Assembly (NCBI GenBank): GCA_019894665.1
Contig: JAGXOC010000004.1
Coordinates: 5,261-69,260, forward strand
Source: Candidatus Thorarchaeota archaeon
Lineage (GTDB): Archaea > Asgardarchaeota > Thorarchaeia > Thorarchaeales > Thorarchaeaceae
Direction: 5' to 3'
DNA length: 64,000 bases
Below the pieces are notes generated by a model, which made no database searches, was not told where the DNA came from, and saw only the letters and a list, made by a program, of their open reading frames with translations. Positions within the stretch are counted from its first letter, which is position 1; each line of letters opens with the position of its first letter. Made by a program: the position numbers and the translations under genes. Below are positions 48,532 to 57,992 of the stretch, piece after piece.

Positions 48532-48957
48532 TTGAATAGTGCTCAAGACCACAGGGATATGATAGATATGCCAATGGTAGAACTTGTCGCCAAGAGGACT
48601 CTGGAGCTTAATCCAGATATTGGTCTCGAAGTAGTGGACCTCATAGTTCTACTCTGGATGTACACCAATCCATATGACAACAACCGTCGCCAACTTAGTT
48701 CCATGCGTGCAGTCCTCAAGATGTCTGAAACCTTACAGGTTCCGGGTGGCGGACTTGACGTCACAGAAGAAGAGCTTACACAGATTGTCCTAGGTAGTCT
48801 TCAGAATCTCAAGAACAAAGGACTCGTCTATATACGCTCAGCAGGAGTTCACTTTGTCAAAGGAACCCTGACTGAGGCGGGAGTCGACCTTGTGAAGAGA
48901 TCAGTTAGAACACCACTTCTCAGACGTGTCACAGCAGAGTTTGGGAACAACCCCTAA
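48532..48957 (+). CDS. Hypothetical winged-helix-like protein
   Basis: 141-aa ORF; ELTQIVLGSLQNLKNKGLVYIR resembles a wHTH. Confidence 0.35.
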   Translation: MNSAQDHRDMIDMPMVELVAKRTLELNPDIGLEVVDLIVLLWMYTNPYDNNRRQLSSMRAVLKMSETLQVPGGGLDVTEEELTQIVLGSLQNLKNKGLVYIRSAGVHFVKGTLTEAGVDLVKRSVRTPLLRRVTAEFGNNP

Positions 48958-49204
48958 TTCTAATGGCTAGAAATCGGACAAGTGACAATGTTTAAAAGTT
49001 ATCCTAATCCGAAACCTGAATGCTGCTCAATAGAGACAGCTGTTTCCGAACCGATGGAAGCAGTGCAGACATCTAGTTCTGCTCGCGAGAACAGTCTGTA
49101 TACGTGTGCCGGTAGGTTCGAAGTGGTTGTGATGAGCGGAATGATGACTTTGTAGCTTACATAGTAAGCTAGAGGAAGTCTACCCACAGCGGAAGTGAGG
49201 CATA

Positions 49205-49669
49205 ATGCCATCGTATGGATATTCAATCATAGGCATTGACCCGGATAGGACAGCCATAGCCAGTGGTAGGAACATGCGGGTTTCCCCGAAACAATGTAGA
49301 GAGGTCTGCAATCACATTCAGGGAATGATGCTGGATAAGGCCATCGACCTACTAGAACTAGTAATGGAAGAAAAAGCCTGGATCCCGTATCGGCGCCATA
49401 AGAAGAAGCGCGGACATCATTCTGGAATGAAGAAATGGGCAGCCGGTGGTCATCCTGTAAAAGCTTCTGAGAACATTCTGAAGATTTTGAAGAATGGAGA
49501 GGCAAATGCGGATACTAAGGGGCTTGACATCGATCGCCTCAGGATAATCCATGCCGCAACACAGCGGGGTAGAACTTACAAGAAATACATCGAACGAGCT
49601 TTCGGTCGGAGTACGCCTTACTTTGAGGACACATCCCATGTGGAGATCGTATTGGAAGAGGTGGGTTAA
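49205..49669 (+). CDS. rpl22: 50S ribosomal protein L22 (uL22)
   Basis: Archaeal uL22 pattern and its position at the start of the S3-L29 cluster. Confidence 0.9.
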   Translation: MPSYGYSIIGIDPDRTAIASGRNMRVSPKQCREVCNHIQGMMLDKAIDLLELVMEEKAWIPYRRHKKKRGHHSGMKKWAAGGHPVKASENILKILKNGEANADTKGLDIDRLRIIHAATQRGRTYKKYIERAFGRSTPYFEDTSHVEIVLEEVG

Positions 49670-50584
49670 ATGTCGGCTGTCAAATACTTCATAACACAAA
49701 ACTCCCGTAAACTCGCAATTGATGAGTTCCTAGCCCATGAACTCAATGCTGCAGGATATGGTGGTGTAGAGATTAGAAAGATGCCCATGAAGACAGAGGT
49801 TGTGATTCATGCCTCAAGACCGGGTGTTGTAATCGGTCGTCGTGGTGCTAAAATCAGAGAGCTTACCTACATTCTAGAGAATGAGTTTGGAATAGAGAAT
49901 GTCCAGATTGAGGTTAGTGAGATAGAGAATCCATGGTTGAATGCAGCTGTTATGGCGTCACGATTAGCCAGACAGCTTGAGAGAGGAGTTCGTTTTCGCA
50001 GAATGGCATATTGGATCCTCAGACGTGTGATGAGAGCGGGGGCAATTGGCTGCGAGATTATTGTCAAGGGCAAACTGTCAAGCAGAAGAGCCCGATATCA
50101 GAAATTCAAACAAGGAATCATTGCAAAGACAGGAGAACCTGCAGATATCTTTGTTGACCATGCAAATGACCAAGCAGTCCTAAAACCGGGTGTCATTGGT
50201 ATAACAGTCCGAATCATGAGACCTGATGCCAAACTTCCTGGAGTGATTAAAATCAAACCACCAAGACCAAAGAAGAAGGAAGAGATAGAGCTAGTTAAGA
50301 AACCCGACGAAGAAGTGGCTGCAGAAGCAGCCGAGGCTGTTGAAGACTCGCTCGAGGGAATCACAGACATTGATGAACTACGGGAACTCGAAGAGCTTGA
50401 CGGACTCGAGCTAGTGGATGATCCCATTGCAGTGGAAGAAGAAACCCCACCTGAACCAGAGAAAGAAGCGGCCCCCGAGAAAGAGAAGCCTGAACCTGAA
50501 GATGAATCTGATGAGCCGGTGGAAGAAAAAATTCTGGATGACCTCAAGGAATTGGATTCCTTAGATGATGGAGGTGCAGAATAG
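49670..50584 (+). CDS. rps3: 30S ribosomal protein S3 (uS3) with a long acidic C-terminal extension
   Basis: KH domain (VVIHASRPGVVIGRRGAKIRELT) followed by about 90 aa of E/A/P-rich tail. Confidence 0.9.
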   Translation: MSAVKYFITQNSRKLAIDEFLAHELNAAGYGGVEIRKMPMKTEVVIHASRPGVVIGRRGAKIRELTYILENEFGIENVQIEVSEIENPWLNAAVMASRLARQLERGVRFRRMAYWILRRVMRAGAIGCEIIVKGKLSSRRARYQKFKQGIIAKTGEPADIFVDHANDQAVLKPGVIGITVRIMRPDAKLPGVIKIKPPRPKKKEEIELVKKPDEEVAAEAAEAVEDSLEGITDIDELRELEELDGLELVDDPIAVEEETPPEPEKEAAPEKEKPEPEDESDEPVEEKILDDLKELDSLDDGGAE

Positions 50585-50796
50585 TGCCTGGACTAAATGC
50601 TAAAGAGATTAGAAAATTGGATCCTGCAGAGCGTCAAAAGAAGCTGGAAGAATTGTACAATGAAATGTCCAGCATTAGAGTTGAGACGGCAACTGGTGGT
50701 GGCACTCAGAACCCGTACAGGATTCGCAATGTGAGGAAAGCAATTGCTCGAATTCTCACCATTCAGCATGAAGAGGAGATGGAGGCATCAGAATGA
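50584..50796 (+). CDS. rpl29: 50S ribosomal protein L29 (uL29)
   Basis: 70 aa; LRKLDPAERQKKLEELYNEM pattern. Confidence 0.9.
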   Translation: MPGLNAKEIRKLDPAERQKKLEELYNEMSSIRVETATGGGTQNPYRIRNVRKAIARILTIQHEEEMEASE

Positions 50797-51077
50797 GAAT
50801 CACTCCGCAGAACATTGCAAAGCATGAGATTGTGGGTCTGTCAACACACATTATTGAATCAAAGGATACTAGTCATGTGTGTCGAAAAGGGGTCATTCTA
50901 GATGAGTCCAAAGAGATGATCCAGATTGGCACTGAGGAAGGGATAATATCTGTTCCAAAGGGAATCTGTGTCTTTGATATGACTCTCCCCGATAGCACAG
51001 TGGTCCGAATCGATGGAGGATTACTCAGGGGAAGACCAGAGGACAGAATGAAGAAGCGCCTCAACAGGAGCTGGTAA
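50793..51077 (+). CDS. rnp1: RNase P protein component 1 (Rpp29/Pop4)
   Basis: Conserved position between L29 and S17. IVGLSTHIIESKDTSHVCRKGVILDESKEMIQI matches the Rpp29 fold pattern. Confidence 0.75.
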   Translation: MRITPQNIAKHEIVGLSTHIIESKDTSHVCRKGVILDESKEMIQIGTEEGIISVPKGICVFDMTLPDSTVVRIDGGLLRGRPEDRMKKRLNRSW

Positions 51078-51079
51078 TA

Positions 51080-51448
51080 ATGGCTGAAACTAAGAGCAAA
51101 GTCAGGAATATTGGCATCCCAAACGTGGAGCCTCCTGAGAAGACATGTGACGACGCACAATGTCCGTTTCATGGTAGTCTATCAGTAAGGGGACGCATCA
51201 TGGAGGGAATCGTCACAAGTACCAAGATGCACAAGACTATCGTCTTTCAGACTGACTATCTCAGTCTAGTAAAGAAATATTCACGATATGAACGTCGAAG
51301 ATCCAGGAAACTGGCACATCTACCTCCATGTATCGAGGCGATTGTGGGTGATGCTATCAAGGTTGTAGAATGTCGCCCACTGAGCAAGAATGTATCACGT
51401 GTGGTTGTGGCGGTCACCCCCGCAGAAATAGAAATAAAGGAGGAGTAG
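51080..51448 (+). CDS. rps17: 30S ribosomal protein S17 (uS17)
   Basis: Motif CPFHGSLSVRGRIMEGIV. Confidence 0.9.
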   Translation: MAETKSKVRNIGIPNVEPPEKTCDDAQCPFHGSLSVRGRIMEGIVTSTKMHKTIVFQTDYLSLVKKYSRYERRRSRKLAHLPPCIEAIVGDAIKVVECRPLSKNVSRVVVAVTPAEIEIKEE

Positions 51449-51451
51449 TTC

Positions 51452-51874
51452 GTGTCAAGAAAAGTTGGTAGAGGAATTCAAAAATTCATCCCACGAATCG
51501 CTCGGGGTCTCCCGATTGGTGCTAAGATTTTGTGTGCTGACAACTCTGGAGCTAAAGAACTCAGGCTGATTACTGTCTTTGGATACAAGGGCAAACTACG
51601 AAAGCTGGGCAAGGCTGGAGTTGGTGACATGATCAACGTATCAGTCACAAAGGGAAAGCAAGAACTACGGAAACAGGTAATTTCGGCAATTGTTATACGA
51701 CAGAAAAAGCCGTACAGAAGACCCGATGGTACTTGGATGCAGTTCGAGGATAATGCAGCAGTCCTGATTAAACCTGGAGGCGAGCCACAGGGTTCTGAAC
51801 TGAGAGGACCTATGGCTAGAGAGGTCACTTTGAAGTGGCCAAGAGTCGCCGCGATTGCGTCGAAGATTGTGTGA
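51452..51874 (+). CDS. rpl14: 50S ribosomal protein L14 (uL14)
   Basis: GTG start after AAGGAGG; uL14 motifs. Confidence 0.9.
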   Translation: MSRKVGRGIQKFIPRIARGLPIGAKILCADNSGAKELRLITVFGYKGKLRKLGKAGVGDMINVSVTKGKQELRKQVISAIVIRQKKPYRRPDGTWMQFEDNAAVLIKPGGEPQGSELRGPMAREVTLKWPRVAAIASKIV

Positions 51875-51885
51875 GGGTGTGAAAG

Positions 51886-52275
51886 ATGGTAAAGAAACCA
51901 AGCTCAAAATCTCCAAGGAAAAACCGCCGGCGAGTCCTGAATGCACCTATGCATGAGCGGAAGAAATTACTCAAGGCTCGACTCGACGAGTTCCTTCAGG
52001 AAGAATATGGTCTGCGTTCGCTTGTTATCAAGAAAGGAGATCTTGTTAGAATCATGAGAGGTCAATTTCGTGATACAGAAAGCAAGGTCACTCTTGTAAG
52101 CTACAAAAAAGGAGTAGTTTTTCTTGACAACACCACGATCACTAAGGCCGATGGAAAAGAGGCTATTGTACCAATTCATCCATCAAACATCATGCTTGTA
52201 AAATTGGAAATGGATGATGAGAGAAAAGCCCTCATAGAGAGCAAAGTAATGAAAATCGTGGAGAGTGAGGAATAA
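51886..52275 (+). CDS. rpl24: 50S ribosomal protein L24 (uL24)
   Basis: KOW motif IKKGDLVRIMRGQFRDTESKV. Confidence 0.9.
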   Translation: MVKKPSSKSPRKNRRRVLNAPMHERKKLLKARLDEFLQEEYGLRSLVIKKGDLVRIMRGQFRDTESKVTLVSYKKGVVFLDNTTITKADGKEAIVPIHPSNIMLVKLEMDDERKALIESKVMKIVESEE

Positions 52276-53030
52276 TGGCAAGAAGAGGTCAAAAGAAACA
52301 CTTGAAACGGCTGCCAGCACCGAGACACTGGCCTATCAAGAGAAAAGAAGCCAAGTTCACCACGCGGGTGATACCAGGACCACATCCAAAAGAACACTGC
52401 CTCACGCTTGCGCTACTTCTGAGAGAAGTTCTCGGCTATGCAGAGAACATGCGTGAAGTGAAAGCAATACTCTCCAGCGGTGACATTAGAGTTGATGGCG
52501 AGATTCGAAAAGATGGTCGATTTCCGGTAGGACTCATGGATGTCGTGGAAATCACCAGCTCGGGAGAACGCTTCAGACTCCTTCCAAAGATGAGAGGCGG
52601 TCTGAGACTTGTCAACATTGATGATGCAGAAGCCAAGTACAAGCTGTGCCGGATTGAAACCAAGACCATGGTCAAGGGTGGCAAAGTTCAGCTTGGTCTT
52701 CATGATGGAAGAACTCTGCTTCTTCCAGAGGGAGAGAGTCCTTCAGACTATCAAACTCTTGACACTCTAAAAGTTGGAATCCCTGAACAGAAACTCATGA
52801 AGACTTTCAATCTCGACAAAGGAGCACTAGCAGTGGTTTCACGTGGCAAAAACATTGGAATCGAAGGAAAAATCCTAGAGATTGAGAAGAGAATTGGGGT
52901 AAATGCAAGTACAGTTACACTACAGGATCCTGACGGAAATAGGTTCCAAACATCTCTTGAATATGTCTTTGTCGTAGGCAAGAGTAAGCCAGAGGTCACT
53001 ATGGAAACCAAAGGAGGTAGTTCAGAGTGA
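52275..53030 (+). CDS. rps4e: 30S ribosomal protein S4e (eS4)
   Basis: Motif KKHLKRLPAPRHWPI. Confidence 0.9.
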   Translation: MARRGQKKHLKRLPAPRHWPIKRKEAKFTTRVIPGPHPKEHCLTLALLLREVLGYAENMREVKAILSSGDIRVDGEIRKDGRFPVGLMDVVEITSSGERFRLLPKMRGGLRLVNIDDAEAKYKLCRIETKTMVKGGKVQLGLHDGRTLLLPEGESPSDYQTLDTLKVGIPEQKLMKTFNLDKGALAVVSRGKNIGIEGKILEIEKRIGVNASTVTLQDPDGNRFQTSLEYVFVVGKSKPEVTMETKGGSSE

Positions 53031-53617
53031 GCGTCGAGAACGAAAGCTTCGAGAATGAGCAAGTCTTCGTAGAGGACTGGAAAGCATATCCTATGAGGGA
53101 ACCACACGTCGCTAAGGTAGTTATAGACGTGTGTTGCGGCGGGGGTGAGCCCCTCACCAGAGCTGCAACCATTCTTGAAGAGCTTACTGGACAGACTCCA
53201 AGTCAGTCAAGAGCTCGTCAGACGGTTCGTGACTTCGGCATTCGCAAAAATGAAGCAATTGCTGTGCGAGTTACTCTAAGGCACAAAAAGGCGGAGGAGT
53301 TTCTTGCGAGAGCCTTGAAGGCAAAGGAAGATGTTTTGCTTATCAAAAACTGGGATCTTGATGGTAACTTTGCTTTTGGTATTGCAGAGCACATAGACAT
53401 ACCTGATGTGAAGTACGACCCACAACTTGGGATCCAAGGCATGAACATCACAGTATGTCTTGAACGACCTGGCTTCAGAGTGAAGCGCAGACGAAGAAGA
53501 AAGACGAAGGTACCATACAGGCATCGCCTGACTGCAGAAGAAAGCATGGTCTTCGTCAAGAACAAGTTCGGAATCGAGATACTCGAAAAGGAGCGCGAGC
53601 GGACATATCTGTTCTGA
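53027..53617 (+). CDS. rpl5: 50S ribosomal protein L5 (uL5)
   Basis: Motif LTGQTPSQSRARQTVRDFGIRKNEAIAV. Confidence 0.9.
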   Translation: MSVENESFENEQVFVEDWKAYPMREPHVAKVVIDVCCGGGEPLTRAATILEELTGQTPSQSRARQTVRDFGIRKNEAIAVRVTLRHKKAEEFLARALKAKEDVLLIKNWDLDGNFAFGIAEHIDIPDVKYDPQLGIQGMNITVCLERPGFRVKRRRRRKTKVPYRHRLTAEESMVFVKNKFGIEILEKERERTYLF

Positions 53618-53625
53618 GGTGAGCA

Positions 53626-53799
53626 ATGATGAGTGTAAAGAAAGAACGGACTAAACAACGCAAGAAGATGGGCAAAGGTAGCAGAAGATGCGTTCGTTGC
53701 GGTACACACCAGGCCATAATCAGATCATATGGTTTGAACATGTGTCGACGCTGCTTTAGAGAGACTGCGGTGAAACTAGGTTTCCGCAAGTATGAGTGA
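53626..53799 (+). CDS. rps14: 30S ribosomal protein S14 type Z (uS14, zinc-binding)
   Basis: 57 aa, [57 protein letters not shown]. Not in the ORF track (<60 aa); found by hand. Confidence 0.85.
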   Translation: MMSVKKERTKQRKKMGKGSRRCVRCGTHQAIIRSYGLNMCRRCFRETAVKLGFRKYE

Positions 53800-54208
53800 G
53801 GAGGCTACACAGAAAATGACACTACTAGACCCATTGGCCGACGCAATGTCAAACATCTACAACAGTGAGGTGGTGGGTAAACCCGAGGTGGTTATTGCTC
53901 CAGCATCACACTTGATAGAGAAAGTGTTGCAGGTCATGCAATCGAAGGGGTACATTGGAGAGTTTGAAAAGGTTGATGATGGAAAGGCGGGAAGATTCCG
54001 CATCCAACTCATGGGCCGTACAAACAAGTGTGGAGTAATCAAGCCCAGATTCCCTGTTCGCCGAGATGGTTTCGAGAAATTCGAGAAACGTTTCCTGCCA
54101 GCCTATAACTATGGTATTCTGATTGTCACAACACCGGAGGGTGTGATGACTCACCAGGATGCCAAGACACGTGGGATTGGAGGAAGATTACTAGCATATG
54201 TATATTGA
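53792..54208 (+). CDS. rps8: 30S ribosomal protein S8 (uS8)
   Basis: uS8 pattern. The true start may be the MTLLDP Met at 53816. Confidence 0.9.
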   Translation: MSEEATQKMTLLDPLADAMSNIYNSEVVGKPEVVIAPASHLIEKVLQVMQSKGYIGEFEKVDDGKAGRFRIQLMGRTNKCGVIKPRFPVRRDGFEKFEKRFLPAYNYGILIVTTPEGVMTHQDAKTRGIGGRLLAYVY

Positions 54209-54221
54209 GGAGATCTGACAG

Positions 54222-54785
54222 ATGTCTGAAGAAACAGTCTATGAACAACGGATTGAGATTCCCAGTGAGTGTCAGGTTTCCCTAGAGGACAAGACAGTCA
54301 CGGTCAATGGGCCAAAGGGGTCTCTGGAGAGGTCATTTCCAGAACCACAGACCAAGATTAAAACTGAAGGCAATGAGTTGATTGTTACAACTCATATCAA
54401 TAGGAAGATGTCCAGAGCTCTTGTTGGGACAGCTGTAGCACATGTTCGTAACATGATAATTGGCGTACAGCATGGCTATGAGTATGAATTGAAGATTGTG
54501 TTCAGTCACTTCCCAATCACTGTGGAAGTACAGGATAAGACCGTGATTATCAAGAACTTCATCGGAGAACGTGGTGTTAGGAAAGCTCGCCTAATTGGTG
54601 ATGTCCAAGTAAAGACCACTGAAGATGAAGTCTTCATCAGTGGAATCGATATTGAACATGTGTCACAGAGTGCAGCTAATATTCAACAGGCCTGCAAGAT
54701 CCGTGACAAAGACCGGAGAGTCTTCCTTGATGGAATCTATGTTATCAGGAAGACGAAAGGCGAGGTAACAAAGTCAATAGTATAG
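54222..54785 (+). CDS. rpl6: 50S ribosomal protein L6 (uL6)
   Basis: Two uL6 repeats (VTVNGPKGSLER). Confidence 0.9.
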   Translation: MSEETVYEQRIEIPSECQVSLEDKTVTVNGPKGSLERSFPEPQTKIKTEGNELIVTTHINRKMSRALVGTAVAHVRNMIIGVQHGYEYELKIVFSHFPITVEVQDKTVIIKNFIGERGVRKARLIGDVQVKTTEDEVFISGIDIEHVSQSAANIQQACKIRDKDRRVFLDGIYVIRKTKGEVTKSIV

Positions 54786-54798
54786 GAGAGGCAATGAT

Positions 54799-55605
54799 AT
54801 GTCAAAGAAGCCCGAACTGAAAGACTTGCCCGGCGTGGGTTCAAAACTAGAAGACAAGCTCAGAGAGGCTGGTATCAAAACAGTGCTAAACATGTCCCGC
54901 GCAAAGGCGGACAAACTCGCCGAAAAGGTAGAGGGTCTCAGTGAGAGTGGTGCTGCAAAGCTGATAGAAGCTGCGCAGGGATTGCTTCCTGATGGTGCTC
55001 CTCCAAAGACGAAAGCTGCGGAAAAGAAACCAGCTAAGAAGGCTGAAGCAAAGCCAGAGAAGAAAGCCGCTCCCAAAAAAGAAACCATAAAGAAATCTAA
55101 AGAAGCAAAATCTAAGAAAAAGAAAGCTCCTCCCAAGAAGAAGGTAAAGGTCGAAGTGCCACTTAGAGTACAGAATACAGACCAACGGATTCTGAAGATT
55201 GCGAAGCAGAAAAAGAAGCGCATGCCCAGGTTCCGTGCTGAGGGAGCTCACCGATGGATTCGTGTGAGCGATTCCTGGCGAAAACTCAGAGGAATTGACA
55301 GTGCAACTCGTGAGAAACGAAAGGGGCGGATTGCAATGGTTTCATCAGGTTATCGCACACCAAAGGCTGTGAGAAACCTGCATCCATCAATGTATGTAGA
55401 GGTCAGAGTTCACAGAGCATCTGAGCTGGAAGAACTAAACGCAGATGTACATGCGGTTCGCATTGCCGCCACTGTGGGATTCAGGAAGCGACAAGAGATT
55501 ATTGCCGCTGCTGATGCAAAACTCATGAGAGTGCTCAACCCTGGTCGGAGCGAGGAGGTTGAAGAGGAAGATCTCTTCACAGACCTTGACATGGAGGAGG
55601 ACTAG
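54799..55605 (+). CDS. rpl32e: 50S ribosomal protein L32e (eL32) with N-terminal HhH domain and Lys-rich linker
   Basis: eL32 core (RWIRVSDSWRKLRGIDSATREKRKG...VRVHRASELEEL) preceded by LKDLPGVGSKLEDKLREAGIKTV (HhH) and a K/A/P-rich segment. Confidence 0.85.
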   Translation: MSKKPELKDLPGVGSKLEDKLREAGIKTVLNMSRAKADKLAEKVEGLSESGAAKLIEAAQGLLPDGAPPKTKAAEKKPAKKAEAKPEKKAAPKKETIKKSKEAKSKKKKAPPKKKVKVEVPLRVQNTDQRILKIAKQKKKRMPRFRAEGAHRWIRVSDSWRKLRGIDSATREKRKGRIAMVSSGYRTPKAVRNLHPSMYVEVRVHRASELEELNADVHAVRIAATVGFRKRQEIIAAADAKLMRVLNPGRSEEVEEEDLFTDLDMEED

Positions 55606-55607
55606 TA

Positions 55608-56054
55608 ATGAAACTCACCACTCAGAAAAGACTAGCTGGAGATGTGATGAAATGTGGCCAGACCCGTGTTTGGATGGATCCTGATTTCGAGGATGAGATC
55701 AGTCTAGCTATAACCCGGGATGACATACGACGCCTTGTGGATGAAGGAGCTATCCAGAGGAAACCAGTCCGTGGTGTCAGCAGAGGTCGCGCACGATACA
55801 AACTTCGCCAGAAGCGAAAGGGACAGAGGTCAGGCCCAGGAAGGAAGAAAGGAAAAGCAACATCCAAGCTGAGTAGCAAGGACCGATGGATGATGAAGAT
55901 CCGACCCATGAGGAAAGAGCTTAGCAAACTTCGGGGAGAAGGAAAGATCACACCCAAGGTCTACAGAGAACTGTATCTGAAGGCTAAGGGTAATGCATTC
56001 CGAAACACTGCTCATCTTAGAACGGTCATATCAGAGCGGAGGCTGTCCAAATAA
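55608..56054 (+). CDS. rpl19e: 50S ribosomal protein L19e (eL19)
   Basis: Motif KRLAGDVMKCGQTRVWMDP. Confidence 0.9.
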   Translation: MKLTTQKRLAGDVMKCGQTRVWMDPDFEDEISLAITRDDIRRLVDEGAIQRKPVRGVSRGRARYKLRQKRKGQRSGPGRKKGKATSKLSSKDRWMMKIRPMRKELSKLRGEGKITPKVYRELYLKAKGNAFRNTAHLRTVISERRLSK

Positions 56055-56812
56055 TGGCACAAGGACCAACATACAGAGTCAAGTTTCGACGCAGGAGAGA
56101 AGGCAAGACCAACTACTATCGTCGTAGACGTCTGCTACTTTCTAGACGCCCAAGACTCGTAGTAAGAAAGACAAATACAAGCACAATAGTTCAGATAGTC
56201 ACCGCTAGTGTTGTCGGCGATTCGACAGTGGCTTCTGCCATCTCAACTGAGCTTGGCGACCATGGATGGACAGCTGGAACAGGGAATATCCCTGCGGCAT
56301 ACTTGACAGGTTTCTTAGTAGGTCTAAGAGCAAAGAACCGCGGTGTGAAAGACGCTATACTAGATGTAGGTCTGAATCCTCCAGTCAAGGGTTCAAGGGT
56401 TTATGCAGCATTGAAGGGTGCGGTTGATGCAGGTCTTGACGTGCCTCATAGTCCAGAAGTTCTCCCTGATGAATCAAGAATCACAGGCGAGCACATTGTT
56501 GCATCGTACGATCACTTTGGTGACAAATCAAACATGTTCAGTGAGTTGGGGAAGAAGAAAACGACCATAACGACTATTCCCAAGAAGGTCCAGACGGTCA
56601 AGAAAGCACTTGAAGATATTCCCGCGGCTCAACTGAAGAAGAAAACTAAGGCCAAAGCACCTGCAAAGAAAGCTGCTGCAGAGCCGAAAGAAAAGAAGGT
56701 CAAGAGAGAGAGACCCTCTGTCAAGCCTCCACGAGCTATTCCTCGTAAGCCAAAACCAAAGAAGCTGATAGCCAGAGGTAAAGGTAAGAAAGGTAAGAGG
56801 AGTAAGGCATAG
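56054..56812 (+). CDS. rpl18: 50S ribosomal protein L18 (uL18) with Lys-rich C-terminal tail
   Basis: RRRREGKTNYYRRRRLL...LVVRKTNTSTIVQIV followed by a K/A/P-rich tail of about 60 aa. Confidence 0.9.
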   Translation: MAQGPTYRVKFRRRREGKTNYYRRRRLLLSRRPRLVVRKTNTSTIVQIVTASVVGDSTVASAISTELGDHGWTAGTGNIPAAYLTGFLVGLRAKNRGVKDAILDVGLNPPVKGSRVYAALKGAVDAGLDVPHSPEVLPDESRITGEHIVASYDHFGDKSNMFSELGKKKTTITTIPKKVQTVKKALEDIPAAQLKKKTKAKAPAKKAAAEPKEKKVKRERPSVKPPRAIPRKPKPKKLIARGKGKKGKRSKA

Positions 56813-56822
56813 GGGATGATAT

Positions 56823-57497
56823 GTGATGAGTAAACAAAGAAGACGAAGACAACCTCGCCAAGACACCAACCCACTAGATGACTGGGTTCCCAAGACAAAG
56901 CTTGGTAGGCTTGTAAAGGAAGGGCACATCAACTCCATTGATGATATTTTGCAGAATAACTACAGAATCAGAGAACCTGAGATTGTTGATGCTCTGTTTC
57001 CAGATCTCCGACAAGAGGTCGTGGATGTATCCCTAGTACAGCGACAATCTGACAGTGGTCAGCAGAAGAGCTTCAGAATCACTGTTGTTGTTGGCAATGG
57101 AGAAGGTGTTCTGGGAATTGGTGTTGGTAAGGCTCCCGAGTTTGTTCCATCTGTACGTGCAGCTGAAGCAAGAGCGAAGCTGCATATCACAAAGTTCCGA
57201 CGAGGTTGTGGTTCATGGGAGTGTAGATGTCCCGATCCTCACAGCATTCCATTCCAAGTGGATGGTTCTTCTGGATCAGTATCTGTCACACTTAGACCAG
57301 CGCCAAAGGGAACTGGTCTTGTTACAGCAGATGTTGGAAAGATTGTACTGAGAATTGCTGGGCTACATGATGTGTGGTCGATTACTAAGGGGCGATCTCG
57401 AACCTCATCGAACTTTGCTAAAGCCTTCGTTGATGCGCTGACAAAGACATACCGAATGCTCCCACCGCAAGAGTGGATTTCATCAGGAGCTGCTTAG
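56823..57497 (+). CDS. rps5: 30S ribosomal protein S5 (uS5)
   Basis: WVPKTKLGRLV and GIGVGKAPEFVPSVRAAE. Confidence 0.9.
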   Translation: MMSKQRRRRQPRQDTNPLDDWVPKTKLGRLVKEGHINSIDDILQNNYRIREPEIVDALFPDLRQEVVDVSLVQRQSDSGQQKSFRITVVVGNGEGVLGIGVGKAPEFVPSVRAAEARAKLHITKFRRGCGSWECRCPDPHSIPFQVDGSSGSVSVTLRPAPKGTGLVTADVGKIVLRIAGLHDVWSITKGRSRTSSNFAKAFVDALTKTYRMLPPQEWISSGAA

Positions 57498-57499
57498 AT

Positions 57500-57982
57500 A
57501 TGAGTGAGGTAGAGAAGATTATACTAGCCGTTCGAGTGAGAGGTCAGGTCCGAGTCAGACCACAGATTGAGGACACGCTGGACAAACTTTTGCTTGGTCG
57601 AGTTCATCAAGCAAGGATTTTCACGGTCACATCAAGCATACAGGGTATGATCACAAAATCCAAGGATTACATCACTTGGGGAGAACCCTCTGAAGAGGTT
57701 ATTGAGAAGCTACTAGCTAAAAGAGGACGTCTACCTGGAAATGGAAGACTCACTGACAGCTACGTGAAGAAGAACTCAAAGTACAGTACTGTCAAGGCTC
57801 TAGCTAAAGCAATTGCTTCTGGTAAAGCAAATGTGAAAGATGTAGAAGGGCTAAAACCAGTATTCAGATTGACCCCACCCAGCAAGGGGTACAAGGGTAA
57901 GAAGAACCTTGCAGTTGGGATGGGAGGCATAACAGGATATCGTGGGGAAGACATCAACAAGCTTGTCCTACGAATGATATGA
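57500..57982 (+). CDS. rpl30: 50S ribosomal protein L30 (uL30)
   Basis: ILAVRVRGQVRVRPQIEDTLDKLLLGRVH. The ATG at 57500 immediately follows the S5 stop. Confidence 0.85.
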   Translation: MSEVEKIILAVRVRGQVRVRPQIEDTLDKLLLGRVHQARIFTVTSSIQGMITKSKDYITWGEPSEEVIEKLLAKRGRLPGNGRLTDSYVKKNSKYSTVKALAKAIASGKANVKDVEGLKPVFRLTPPSKGYKGKKNLAVGMGGITGYRGEDINKLVLRMI

Positions 57983-57992
57983 GGTGTAGAAA

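Noticed and set aside
50098-50547. 149-aa Ser-rich minus-strand ORF
   Set aside because: It is antisense to the acidic tail of ribosomal protein S3 and is a low-complexity mirror of the GAA/GAG-rich coding strand.
54774-55251. Two minus-strand ORFs (149 and 121 aa) with Phe/Leu-rich sequence
   Set aside because: They are antisense to the K-rich linker of L32e, a shadow of the AAG/AAA repeats.
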